Below the pieces are notes generated by a model. The model did not search any database, had not been told where the DNA came from, and worked only from the letters and a program-made list of their open reading frames with translations. The translations under genes were made by a program, and so were the position numbers. DNA of 37,822 nt from Thermoanaerobaculia bacterium (GTDB taxonomy: Bacteria; Acidobacteriota; Thermoanaerobaculia; UBA5066): assembly GCA_035455045.1 (NCBI GenBank), contig DATIFW010000156.1, forward strand, positions 1 to 37,822. The letters run 5' to 3'. Below, piece by piece: positions 1 through 10,960 of the stretch (position 1 is the stretch's first letter; each line of letters starts with the position of its first letter).

Positions 1-824
1 CCTCCGCCGCGCGGCACCCCGAGCGTGTCGTCGGAATGCACTTCTTCAACCCGGTCCACAAGATGCCCCTCGTCGAGGTCATCTACGGGGCGAAGACCGA
101 GCCCGAGGTGACGGCGACGATCTTCGACCTCGCGAAAAAGCTGGGGAAGACGCCCGTCGTCGTGAAGGACTCGCCCGGCTTCCTCGTGAACCGCATCCTG
201 AGTCCCTACATCGGCGAGGCGGCGCGGCTCCTCTTGGAAGGGGTCCCGATGGAGTCCATCGACAAGGCCATGCGAACGTTCGGGATGCCCGTGGGGCCGA
301 TCGAGCTCCTCGACGACGTCGGGATCGACGTCGCGGCGAAAGCCGGCGGGACGATGGCGGCCGCGTTCCCGGCCCGCATGCCCGCGGACCCGACCCTCGA
401 GAAGCTCGTCGGAGCCGGGCGACTCGGACGGAAAGCGAAGAAGGGGTTTTATTTCTACGAAAAGGAAAGAAGGGGTGGCCCGGATCCGAACGCTTATCGC
501 GATCTCGGCCTCTCAACACCTTCTAAGAATCTGAATCCCTCGTCTTCCGAAATCCACGACCGCCTGCTTCTTCCCATGATCAACGAGGCGGCGTTCTGCC
601 TCGCCGAAGGCGTCGTCGCGAGCCCCGCGAAGCTGGACCTCGCGATGATCTTCGGCACAGGCTTCCCGCCCTTCCGCGGCGGCCTGTGCGCGTACGCGGA
701 TTCGCTGGGCGCGAAGGCTGTCGTCGCGGGCCTCGAGAAGCTCGCGAGGGAAAAGGGCGAGCGATTCACCCCTGCACCACTGCTGGTCGAGATGGCAAGA
801 CAAGGAAAGAGATTCTTTCAATGA
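1..824 (+). CDS. 3-hydroxyacyl-CoA dehydrogenase, C-terminal part of a FadB/FadJ-like multifunctional enzyme (5' end lies outside the window)
   Basis: The reading frame is open from the window edge. Translation gives ..PERVVGMHFFNPVHKMPLVEVIYG.., the classic 3HCDH NAD-binding/C-terminal signature, followed by a second 3HCDH_C-like repeat (DRLLLPMINEAAFCLAEGV). Stop at 822-824. Confidence 0.85.
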   Translation, partial: SAARHPERVVGMHFFNPVHKMPLVEVIYGAKTEPEVTATIFDLAKKLGKTPVVVKDSPGFLVNRILSPYIGEAARLLLEGVPMESIDKAMRTFGMPVGPIELLDDVGIDVAAKAGGTMAAAFPARMPADPTLEKLVGAGRLGRKAKKGFYFYEKERRGGPDPNAYRDLGLSTPSKNLNPSSSEIHDRLLLPMINEAAFCLAEGVVASPAKLDLAMIFGTGFPPFRGGLCAYADSLGAKAVVAGLEKLAREKGERFTPAPLLVEMARQGKRFFQ

Positions 825-946
825 GGGGAAGACCGGGGGTTTTCTTCGAATGGTCCCGTGCGCAGGCGCTGCGGCGATTGACGGGCGGTGCGGCATGCGC
901 AGGCCCACATTCACCTTCTAAGAAATACATCCTTTGAGGAGCGGAG

Positions 947-2731
947 ATGTCAACCATTAAAGAAGATACCCTCGTCAAGTCCGAAACCGCCGAAGTCGAA
1001 TCCTTCCTGAAGACGCTCTTCCAGGGCCACATCGCGGAGGATCTCGTCTTCCCGTTCCCCGAGATCCCGCAGGACGTGAAGGAAACCGTGGAGGCGTTCG
1101 CGAGCGCCTACGTGGACTTCGACGCAGCCAATCTCGATTCCGAGAAGATGGACTCGGCGCATTTCTTCCCGCGCGAGGCCGTGAAGGCCATGGGCGAGCT
1201 CGGCGTCCTCGGCATGACGATCCCCGAAGAATACGGCGGCAGCGGCTTCTCGTCGGCGGCGTACTGCCGGATGACCGAGACGATCGCGCCCCTCGACGCC
1301 TCGGCCTCGATCGTCGTCGGGGCACACCAGTCCATCGGCCTCAAGCCTCTTCTCCTCTTTGGAAGCGACGAGCAGAAGAAGAGGTGGCTGCCCGACCTCG
1401 CGAGCGGAAAAATGGTCGCGGCCTTCTGCCTGACGGAGCCGGAAGCCGGATCGGACGCGGGCTCGCTCCGGACGACCGCCGTCTACGATCCCGCGACGAA
1501 CGAATACGTCCTCAACGGCACGAAGCAGTGGATCTCCAACGGCGGCTTCGCGCGCTTCTTCTCCGTGTTCGCGCGGATTCCGTCCGAGGTGCCCGAAAAG
1601 GACAAGCACAAGGAGATCGCGTGCTTCGCGGTCGTCGCGAACGAGGACGGCACGTTGCCCGGCCTTTCGCGCGGCGCCGAGGAAAAGAAGCTCGGCCTCT
1701 GCGCGTCGTCGACCTGCCAGATCATCTTCGAGAACTGCCGCATTCCGGCCGCGAACCTCATCGGGGAGAAGGGCCATGGCTTCAAGGTCGCCGTGGAGAC
1801 GCTGAACACGGGCCGCACGTCGCTCGGCGCCGGCTCGGTGGGCGGCTCGAAGATGATGCTCAAGCTCGCGGTCGCGCACGCGACGCAGCGCAAGCAGTTC
1901 AAGACCCGCGTGGCCGATTTCGAGATGATCCGCCACAAGATCACGCGCATGGCGGCGACGACGTACGCCCTGGAGTCGATGGTCTACCTGACGGCCGGCC
2001 TCGTGGACAAGGGCATCGGCGACTATTCGCTCGAGGGCGCGTGCTGCAAGGTGTTCGGTACCGAGGTGCTCTGGCAGAACATCAACGACGGCCTCCAGAT
2101 CGCCGGCGGCAACGGCTTCATGAACGAATACCCGTACGGCCGTGCGCTCCGCGACAGCCGCATCAACATGATCTTCGAGGGCACGAACGAGATTCTGCGG
2201 CTCCTCCTCGCCCTCTCGGGAATGAAGGAGCTCGGCGACTCTCTGAAGGAGGTCCAGGGTGCCTTGAAGAGCCCGCTCGCGCAGCGCGGCGTCCTCACCG
2301 AGTACGCGCACAAACGGCTCAAGGGCGTCATCACGCACGACAAGCTGACGAAGGTCCATCCATCCCTCGCGCCCGAGGCGGACCAGGTCGGCCGGTACGC
2401 CGGAGTCTTCGCGAACGCGTGCGAGACGATCCTGCGCAAGCACGGGAAGAAAGTCGTGGACAAGGAGTACCACCAGGAGCGCCTCGCCGACGTCCTCATC
2501 GACCTCTTCGCGCAGATCGCGACGCTCTCGCGCGTGACGGCGTCGATCGCCAAGAAAGGCGAGGAGAAGGCTGCGGGGGAGATCGAGATCGCGCGCTGGT
2601 TCTGCCATGAGGCCAGGCATCGCATGGTCGGGAACCTCAAAGCTCTCGACAAGAACCGCGACGCCGACTGCACGTCCATCAGCGACCGCGTGTACGAGGC
2701 GGGGGGGTATCCCTACGACTTGTGGGCATAA
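947..2731 (+). CDS. acyl-CoA dehydrogenase, long form with C-terminal extension (VLCAD/ACAD9-like)
   Basis: 594 aa. ACAD motifs CLTEPEAGSDA and GGNGFMNEYPYGRALRDSRINMIFEGTNEI. A GAGGAG Shine-Dalgarno lies a few nt upstream of the ATG. Confidence 0.9.
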   Translation: MSTIKEDTLVKSETAEVESFLKTLFQGHIAEDLVFPFPEIPQDVKETVEAFASAYVDFDAANLDSEKMDSAHFFPREAVKAMGELGVLGMTIPEEYGGSGFSSAAYCRMTETIAPLDASASIVVGAHQSIGLKPLLLFGSDEQKKRWLPDLASGKMVAAFCLTEPEAGSDAGSLRTTAVYDPATNEYVLNGTKQWISNGGFARFFSVFARIPSEVPEKDKHKEIACFAVVANEDGTLPGLSRGAEEKKLGLCASSTCQIIFENCRIPAANLIGEKGHGFKVAVETLNTGRTSLGAGSVGGSKMMLKLAVAHATQRKQFKTRVADFEMIRHKITRMAATTYALESMVYLTAGLVDKGIGDYSLEGACCKVFGTEVLWQNINDGLQIAGGNGFMNEYPYGRALRDSRINMIFEGTNEILRLLLALSGMKELGDSLKEVQGALKSPLAQRGVLTEYAHKRLKGVITHDKLTKVHPSLAPEADQVGRYAGVFANACETILRKHGKKVVDKEYHQERLADVLIDLFAQIATLSRVTASIAKKGEEKAAGEIEIARWFCHEARHRMVGNLKALDKNRDADCTSISDRVYEAGGYPYDLWA

Positions 2732-2826
2732 GAGGGACCGAAAGATTTTCTTAGAATGGTGATGGGTGCCGGGTTGCGCCGAGCGGATGCAGAGCTTCGG
2801 GTGATGGTGGTTTCGGCGAATGGAAT

Positions 2827-2849
2827 TCGCGGAATCGAAGATTCCGCGA
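2827..2849. other. perfect 10-bp stem / 3-nt loop hairpin (TCGCGGAATC-GAA-GATTCCGCGA) ending 1 nt before the ATG at 2851
   Basis: Read directly from the sequence. Function unknown: possibly a terminator for the upstream gene or translational occlusion of the downstream start. Confidence 0.5.
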
Positions 2850-2850
2850 T

Positions 2851-3909
2851 ATGAGGACCCGGGCCGAGGGGCGAAGCGCGTCAAGGCTCGCGAAGCGACG
2901 GCGCCAGCCGCCAGGCCTTGACGCGCGAGCCCCGCAGGCCACCTCTCCCTCTTCATTCATAAGAACTCTCTCTATTCCGACTCCTTTCCCCGTCGGCCCC
3001 GTCAACGTGCATGTGATCCTCCGCGACCCCATCACGCTCATCGACAGCGGGCCTCTGACGGAGGAAGCCTGGGACGCGCTTGAAGCAGGTCTGAGAAGGT
3101 TGGGACTCGAGGTCTCCGACGTGAAGAGAGTTCTGCTCACGCACGGCCATCAAGATCATTTCGGCCTCGCGGAAAAGATCGCCGACGCCTCGGGCGCGAC
3201 GCTGTACGGCGGGAAGCTCGACCGACGCAACTTCCGGCAGGAGCGGAGCCACGGGCTGCTCCTCGAGGACATGGCCCGGTCGGGCTTCGGCCTCCTGCCG
3301 CGACTCGCGGTGGTCGCCTCCGTCGCCGCCGTCGACCGCTTCGCGAAGCCGCTCGAGGTCTGGGACGAGCTCGCGGGCGGGGAAACCCTGCCGGGCGACG
3401 GCTGGTCCGTCGTCGTGCGGTCGACCCCCGGGCACACGCCCGGCAGCCTCACGTTCTCGATCCCGGAGGCGGGCGTCGTCTTCACGGGGGACACCGTCCT
3501 GAAGGAAATCACGCCGAACGCGGTCGTCGACGAGGATCCCGAGGAGGCCGGACGCCCTTTTCGCAGCGTCACGCGATATTTCGAGACGCTCGACGAGCTC
3601 GGGAGAACGAGCGGCGGCGCGACGCTGCTGACCGGACACGGCGCGCCGGTCACGGACTGGTCCCGACACCGCAGGACGCTCGACCGGCGGCACGGCATTC
3701 GCGTCGGGCAGATCGAGCGGGAGCTGGCGAAGGGGCCTGCGGCGGTGCGCGACCTCGTCTCCGCGATCTTCCCGCTGGTCAAGACGCTCGAGATCTTCCT
3801 CGCCTACAGCGAGATTCTCGGCTTCCTGATGTACCTCGAGGACATGGGGCGGGTCGCCAAGCTCGTCGAGGAGACGCGCGACCGCTACCGGCTCGCGTCC
3901 ACCAACTGA
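2851..3909 (+). CDS. MBL-fold metallo-hydrolase
   Basis: HGHQDHFG (HxHxDH) motif, and an N-terminal IPTPFPVGPVNVHVI strand typical of this family. The only canonical in-frame start upstream of the conserved core is ATG 2851, which gives a ~35-aa Arg-rich N-terminal extension. Confidence 0.8.
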   Translation: MRTRAEGRSASRLAKRRRQPPGLDARAPQATSPSSFIRTLSIPTPFPVGPVNVHVILRDPITLIDSGPLTEEAWDALEAGLRRLGLEVSDVKRVLLTHGHQDHFGLAEKIADASGATLYGGKLDRRNFRQERSHGLLLEDMARSGFGLLPRLAVVASVAAVDRFAKPLEVWDELAGGETLPGDGWSVVVRSTPGHTPGSLTFSIPEAGVVFTGDTVLKEITPNAVVDEDPEEAGRPFRSVTRYFETLDELGRTSGGATLLTGHGAPVTDWSRHRRTLDRRHGIRVGQIERELAKGPAAVRDLVSAIFPLVKTLEIFLAYSEILGFLMYLEDMGRVAKLVEETRDRYRLASTN

Positions 3910-4563
3910 TCAGCGGCAGCGGATCTGGAGCGACGACGCCGAGTCTTCGCCCACCTGCGTGTTCTTGAGGTTGTTGTCCCTTTCGTGGAATTCGGTGCGC
4001 CTGCCGCGGTAGCCGGGGCGTTCGTAGAGGATCGCCACGCATCCCGGAGAGACGTCGATCGAGCTCGCCATGCGGCTGCCGAATCGCGTGCGGTCGAGAT
4101 CCGGAACGTCGCGATCGAAGAAAGCGCTCGGGCCGCGCCCTTCCCGGTCGCGGTAGAGGATGACCCCACGTCGCTCGGAAGGGGGCAACGGGACGGGCTC
4201 GACCGGGGGCCTCCAGCCCGGATAGTGCCCGCGGCAATTCACGCGCATGGAAGAAGCCCTGTCCTCCCCGACCATCGTGTTCGCGAGGTTGTTGTCGTTG
4301 TCGCGGAACACGGTGGATCGGCCCCGGTAGTGCGGGAACTCGTACAGGACGGCGACGCACCCGGGCGGCACGGCGATCGAGCTCGCCCTCCGGCTGCCGA
4401 ACTGCGTGTACCTGAGGTCCGGCACGTCGTCGTGGAACGTCTGGTGGGGGCCGCTCAAGTCGCGCTCCCGAAAGAGGGTGACGCCCTCTGCGCGGGCGTC
4501 GCCGGCGGCGGCGACCCCGGCGGCGGTCAGGGCCGCGAGCAGGAGATGACGGGGTCTTTTCAT
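3910..4563 (-). CDS. secreted protein with two beta/gamma-crystallin-type domains
   Basis: Signal peptide MKRPRHLLLAALTAAGVAAAGDARA. Two internal repeats each carry Greek-key signatures (LYEFPHYRGRS / LYERPGYRGRR, and ..ASSI.V / ..ASS..V). The stop abuts the convergent MBL stop (TGATCA). Confidence 0.7.
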   Translation of the reverse strand: MKRPRHLLLAALTAAGVAAAGDARAEGVTLFRERDLSGPHQTFHDDVPDLRYTQFGSRRASSIAVPPGCVAVLYEFPHYRGRSTVFRDNDNNLANTMVGEDRASSMRVNCRGHYPGWRPPVEPVPLPPSERRGVILYRDREGRGPSAFFDRDVPDLDRTRFGSRMASSIDVSPGCVAILYERPGYRGRRTEFHERDNNLKNTQVGEDSASSLQIRCR

Positions 4564-4671
4564 TCGCGCGAAACCTCCATGCCTCGAACTCTACTGCAGT
4601 CACGAGGCCCGACGGGCGCCACGCCACGGCCGAGCTTACTTTGCTATTCTCCTGCTTCGGAGGACCGCCAG

Positions 4672-5556
4672 ATGGCCGATGAAATGAAGGCTTCCACGCC
4701 CCTGAGTGTCGGTTCGACCGCTCCCGATTTCACTCTTCCGGCACGCTCGGGCAAGATGATTTCGCTGCAGGACTATCGGGGTACCAAGGACGTTTTGATC
4801 TATTTCTACCCGAAAGACGACACACCCGGGTGCACGCGCGAGTCGTGCAGCCTGCGAGACGCCTGGGGCGAGCTGCAGGGCGCCGGAATCGAGGTTCTCG
4901 GAATCTCTCGCGACGACTCCGCGTCGCACAATGCGTTCGCTGCGAAGTACAACCTGCCGTTCGAGCTCCTGACGGACGCCGATCACGCCGTGCACGAGGC
5001 GTACGGCGCATGGGGCCAGAACCCGAATCCCGCGTGGGGAGTCGGTCCGCTGCGCAAGTCGTTCCTCGTGGGCAAGGACGGACGCATCCGTCACGTCTTC
5101 GAAAAGGTCGACACCGAGCACCACGCCGAACAGGTGCTCCGCGCCGCGGGCGTCGCCGTCGCGCCGAAGCCTGCGCCAGCGCCCGCTCCGGCACCGTCAC
5201 CGGCGCCGAAACCCGCTGCTCCGGCGGCCGCGGCTCCCGCACCCGCTCCGAGGCCCGCGGCTCCGCCGGCGCCGAAGCCGCCGGTCCCTCCCGCTCCGAA
5301 GCCCGCGGCTCCGACTGCCGCTCCGAAAAAGAAGGCGGCCCCGAGGAAGAAGGCGGCGCCCAGGAAGAAAAAGGCCGCCGCAAAGAAGAAGTCTGCGAAG
5401 AAGAGAGCCGCGAGAAAGTCCTCTCCGAAGAGAAAAGCCGCCCGGAAATCGGCTCCGAAGCGGAAAACGGCGAAGAGGGCCGCCCCGAAGAGGAAGAAGG
5501 CCGCGAAGAAGTCCCGCAAGCCTGCGAAGAAGTCCGCGAAGCGGAAGAAACGCTGA
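4672..5556 (+). CDS. bcp: peroxiredoxin Bcp (atypical 2-Cys, PxxxTxxC...C) fused to a Pro/Ala-rich linker and a Lys/Ala-rich histone-H1-like tail
   Basis: FYPKDDTPGCTRESC active site. GGAGGA lies 7 nt upstream of ATG 4672. The listed ORF from 3985 is upstream read-through. C-terminal 135 aa: APKPAPAPAP... then KKKAAPRKKAAPRKKKAAAKKK... Confidence 0.85.
   Translation: MADEMKASTPLSVGSTAPDFTLPARSGKMISLQDYRGTKDVLIYFYPKDDTPGCTRESCSLRDAWGELQGAGIEVLGISRDDSASHNAFAAKYNLPFELLTDADHAVHEAYGAWGQNPNPAWGVGPLRKSFLVGKDGRIRHVFEKVDTEHHAEQVLRAAGVAVAPKPAPAPAPAPSPAPKPAAPAAAAPAPAPRPAAPPAPKPPVPPAPKPAAPTAAPKKKAAPRKKAAPRKKKAAAKKKSAKKRAARKSSPKRKAARKSAPKRKTAKRAAPKRKKAAKKSRKPAKKSAKRKKR
5152..5553 (+). repeat. coding low-complexity tract (PA/PAPK repeats, then AAKK/PKRK repeats) inside the bcp fusion
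   Basis: Degenerate short tandem repeats at the DNA level (gcgccg/aagaag units). The translated composition is almost exclusively P/A and then K/A/R/P/S. Confidence 0.8.
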
Positions 5557-5568
5557 CATCGCGGCGAG

Positions 5569-5598
5569 AGCAGGACGCGGCCTTTGCCGCGTCCTGCT
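5569..5598 (+). terminator. strong stem-loop downstream of the bcp fusion (13-bp perfect stem AGCAGGACGCGGC / GCCGCGTCCTGCT, loop CTTT)
   Basis: Read directly from the sequence, 13 nt after the stop codon. There is no U-tract, so the intrinsic-terminator call is tentative. Confidence 0.55.
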
Positions 5599-5621
5599 AG
5601 CGGCCTCTCCGGAAAGAGCAC

Positions 5622-6335
5622 ATGTCCCACCGACTCACGAAAAAACAGATGAAGACCGATCAGCTCGAGCACGCGCTGACGGATGCGCGCGACTATGTCG
5701 TGACGCACCGGTCCGAGACCACGCGTTGGGCGCTGATCGCGGGGGGCGCGGTTCTGGTCGTCGGCGCCATCTGGGGCGGAATGGTCCTGAGAAACGGCCG
5801 TCTCGCGGCGAGGCTTTCGTCCGCGCTTGCGCTGTTCGACGCCCCGCTCGCGTCGGACGCAGCCCCGGCGCCCGGTGCGCGCGTCTTCAAGAGCGTCGCG
5901 GAACGGACGGCGGCGGCGAAATCGGAGCTCGCCTCCCTCGTGAAGGACGCGCCCTCCTCCCCGGCCGGCCGCGCGGCGGCGGTCATCGTGCTTTCGCTCG
6001 ACGGCCCGAAGGCTGCGACGGGCGCGAACCTGGACGCCGCAAAGGCCTTCGCGAAGTCCGAAAGCGGAACGGTCGCGGCCGGTGTCGCGGCCGTCGCGGC
6101 GATCGACGCCGAGGCGGCGGCGGGCCGCCCGAAGGAGGCTCTCGAGACGGCTAAGAAGTACCTCGAGGCGAGCGACTCGCCCGTCTCGAAGGACGTCCTC
6201 GTCTTCACGATGGCACGTCTCTACGAGCAAACGGGGCAGAATGTCGAAGCGAAGAACTTCTACCAGCGCCTCGTGACGGACTTTCCGGATTCCCCTCTCC
6301 GGACCGACGCACAGCAGAAGCTCGCAAACCTGTAA
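5622..6335 (+). CDS. membrane-anchored TPR-like protein (YfgM-like architecture)
   Basis: Short charged N-terminus, one TM helix (WALIAGGAVLVVGAIWGGMVL), an Ala-rich helical domain, and a TPR-like C-terminal segment (ARLYEQTGQNVEAKNFYQRLVTDFPDSP). Confidence 0.5.
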   Translation: MSHRLTKKQMKTDQLEHALTDARDYVVTHRSETTRWALIAGGAVLVVGAIWGGMVLRNGRLAARLSSALALFDAPLASDAAPAPGARVFKSVAERTAAAKSELASLVKDAPSSPAGRAAAVIVLSLDGPKAATGANLDAAKAFAKSESGTVAAGVAAVAAIDAEAAAGRPKEALETAKKYLEASDSPVSKDVLVFTMARLYEQTGQNVEAKNFYQRLVTDFPDSPLRTDAQQKLANL

Positions 6336-6341
6336 CGCGTC

Positions 6342-7514
6342 GTGAAGCGTCGCGTCATCGTCGTCGTCTGCGATGGCCTCGGCGTCGGAACGGCGCCGGA
6401 CGCCGCGCTTTTCGGGGACGAGGGCAAGAAGACGCTTCAGCACGTTCTCCGGGACGGCAAGCCGCATCTTCCGAACCTGACGCGCCTTGGCCTCCTGCAC
6501 ACGATGTACGCCGACGCGCCCGCCGGGCTGGTCGCGCCCGCGGGCGCTTTCGGCCGTCTCGCCGAGGCCTCGGCCGGGAAGGACACCACGACGGGGCATT
6601 GGGAGCTGATGGGGCTCACGCTCGACGTGGCCTTTCCGCTCTATCCGGACGGCTTTCCTCCCGAGGTCGTCGAGCCGTTCGAGAGGGCGATCGAACGGAA
6701 GGTGCTGTGGAACAAGCCCGCGTCCGGGACGGCGATCCTCGAGCAGCTCGGCGACGAGCACGTGAGAACGGGCCGGCCGATCCTCTACACGTCCGGCGAC
6801 TCCGTGTTCCAGATCGCGGCGCACGAGGACGTCGTTCCGGTCGACACACTGTATGCGTGGTGCCGGATCGCCCGCGAGATCCTGAAGCCGCCTCATCGGG
6901 TCGGCCGCGTCATCGCCCGGCCTTTCGTGGGGGCGAACGGAAAGTACCAGCGCACGCACCGCCGAAAGGACTTCTCCGTTCCGCCGTCCGGCGAAACCCT
7001 TCTCGATCGCGCGACCCTGCACGGCCTGAAGGTGCACGCGCTCGGCAAGATCGAGGACATCTTCTCCGGGCGCGGCATCACGACGGCGGTGCACACGGTC
7101 TCGAACCGCGACGGCATCGGGAAGACGATCTCGGCCATCCGTGACCGCCACGACGACTTCGTCTTTACGAACCTCGTCGACTTCGACACGAAGTACGGCC
7201 ACCGCAACGACGTCGTCGGCTACGCGAAGTGTCTCGAGGAGCTGGACTCCTTCGTGCCCTCGATGGTGGCCGCTCTCCGTCCGGGCGATCTCCTCATGCT
7301 CTCGGCGGACCACGGGGGCGACCCCTGCGACACGTCCACCGACCACACGCGGGAGTACGTCCCGATGGTCGCGGCGGGGCCGGGCGTGAAGGGCGGAGCC
7401 GACATCGGGACCCGGAAGACGTTCGCCGACCTCGGGGCGACGGCGGCCGAGCATCTCGGCGTCCCGCCGCTCGGTGGCACGAGCTTCCTCGGCGCGATCC
7501 TCCCGGCGGCCTGA
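6342..7514 (+). CDS. deoB: phosphopentomutase
   Basis: 390 aa. VIVVVCDGLGVG metal site, GKDTTTGHWE, SADHGGDPC, and family-typical length. Confidence 0.9.
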   Translation: MKRRVIVVVCDGLGVGTAPDAALFGDEGKKTLQHVLRDGKPHLPNLTRLGLLHTMYADAPAGLVAPAGAFGRLAEASAGKDTTTGHWELMGLTLDVAFPLYPDGFPPEVVEPFERAIERKVLWNKPASGTAILEQLGDEHVRTGRPILYTSGDSVFQIAAHEDVVPVDTLYAWCRIAREILKPPHRVGRVIARPFVGANGKYQRTHRRKDFSVPPSGETLLDRATLHGLKVHALGKIEDIFSGRGITTAVHTVSNRDGIGKTISAIRDRHDDFVFTNLVDFDTKYGHRNDVVGYAKCLEELDSFVPSMVAALRPGDLLMLSADHGGDPCDTSTDHTREYVPMVAAGPGVKGGADIGTRKTFADLGATAAEHLGVPPLGGTSFLGAILPAA

Positions 7515-7540
7515 GGGGTTGCCGTGAACGTGGAGCGGGA

Positions 7541-10309
<2,769 letters not shown>

Positions 10310-10403
10310 TGACGCGGGGAAGCGCGGCACGCGCCGGCCCGTCTGCTCCTATACTGCGACCAGATCTCAGTCTGACGATTGCGCCGGCCCCCGGGAGGTC
10401 CTG

Positions 10404-10841
10404 ATGGGCGACACCGTGGATTCCAGCACGCTCGACCTCTTCGAGCGGAGTCTCGCGCGGTGCGAGGCGCAGCCGGACTTTCTCGACCTGTTCTACGAAA
10501 AGTTCATGGCCTCGTCGCCCGAGGTGGCCGGAAAATTCGCGGGAACGGACTTCGTGCGCCAGAAGCGCGCGTTGAAGGCTTCCTTCCATCACCTCCTTCT
10601 CGTCGCGCAGGACCGCAAGCAGACCCCGGATGCCTATCTTTCGGACGTCGCGGCGCGGCACGGATCCGGGCAGCTCGCGATCGGGGCAAGTCTCTACGAC
10701 TTCTGGCTCGACAGTCTCCTCGAGGCGGTGAAGGAGCGGGATCCGGAGTGGTCCCTCGAGGTCGACCACGCGTGGGAAGCCGTGATGATGGTCGGCATTC
10801 ATTACCTCTGCCAGAGTTTCCACGGCCGGCACGGGACGTGA
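10404..10841 (+). CDS. single-domain globin-family protein
   Basis: 145 aa. FYEKFMASSPEVAGKFAGTDFVRQKRALKASF and VAARHGSG..IGASLYDFWLDSLLEAV resemble the bacterial globin E/F/G helices, with a candidate proximal His in ARH. GGGAGG lies 5-10 nt upstream of the ATG. Confidence 0.65.
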   Translation: MGDTVDSSTLDLFERSLARCEAQPDFLDLFYEKFMASSPEVAGKFAGTDFVRQKRALKASFHHLLLVAQDRKQTPDAYLSDVAARHGSGQLAIGASLYDFWLDSLLEAVKERDPEWSLEVDHAWEAVMMVGIHYLCQSFHGRHGT

Positions 10842-10960
10842 CGCCCGTTCTCGGCCTCTCGTTCGTGGAGGGCGTGAACGCTCTCGAGTTCTGAACGGAC
10901 CCCCGGCAGCCGGCTCGCCCTGGGGTATTCTTCCGCCGCTTTCGACAATCGGAGGTCTTC

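Noticed and set aside
950-2956. Very long antisense or out-of-frame ORFs throughout the track (e.g. 950-2956 -, 5091-7862 -, 8459-10330 -, 19096-21378 -, 19359-21869 +, 23176-25635 +, 27423-29141 -, 29634-31442 -, 31411-34404 -, 32634-35339 +)
   Set aside because: Their translations are Arg/Pro/Gly/Ala/His-rich low-complexity strings with no motifs. Each overlaps a frame that carries clear family signatures. Stop-codon-poor shadow ORFs are expected in GC-rich DNA.
3985-4671. 5' extensions of listed ORFs (3985, 7229, 10131, 11197, 12249, 13292, 14068, 26601, 26687, 28791, 31306; minus strand 17359, 23057, 24073, 25719)
   Set aside because: The extensions overlap the preceding genes and translate to Arg/Pro-rich junk. 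Recognisable homology, Shine-Dalgarno sequences and ATGA/GTGA coupling all point to the internal starts reported in the features.
5152-5553. Short tandem DNA repeats that could superficially look like a repeat array or CRISPR
   Set aside because: The units are 6-15 nt, degenerate, without spacers, and in frame within the bcp fusion, where they encode PA and K-rich low complexity. This is not a CRISPR.
10360-10365. TATACT -10-like hexamer upstream of the globin gene
   Set aside because: It is an isolated hexamer with no convincing -35 partner at 17-bp spacing. That is insufficient to call a promoter.
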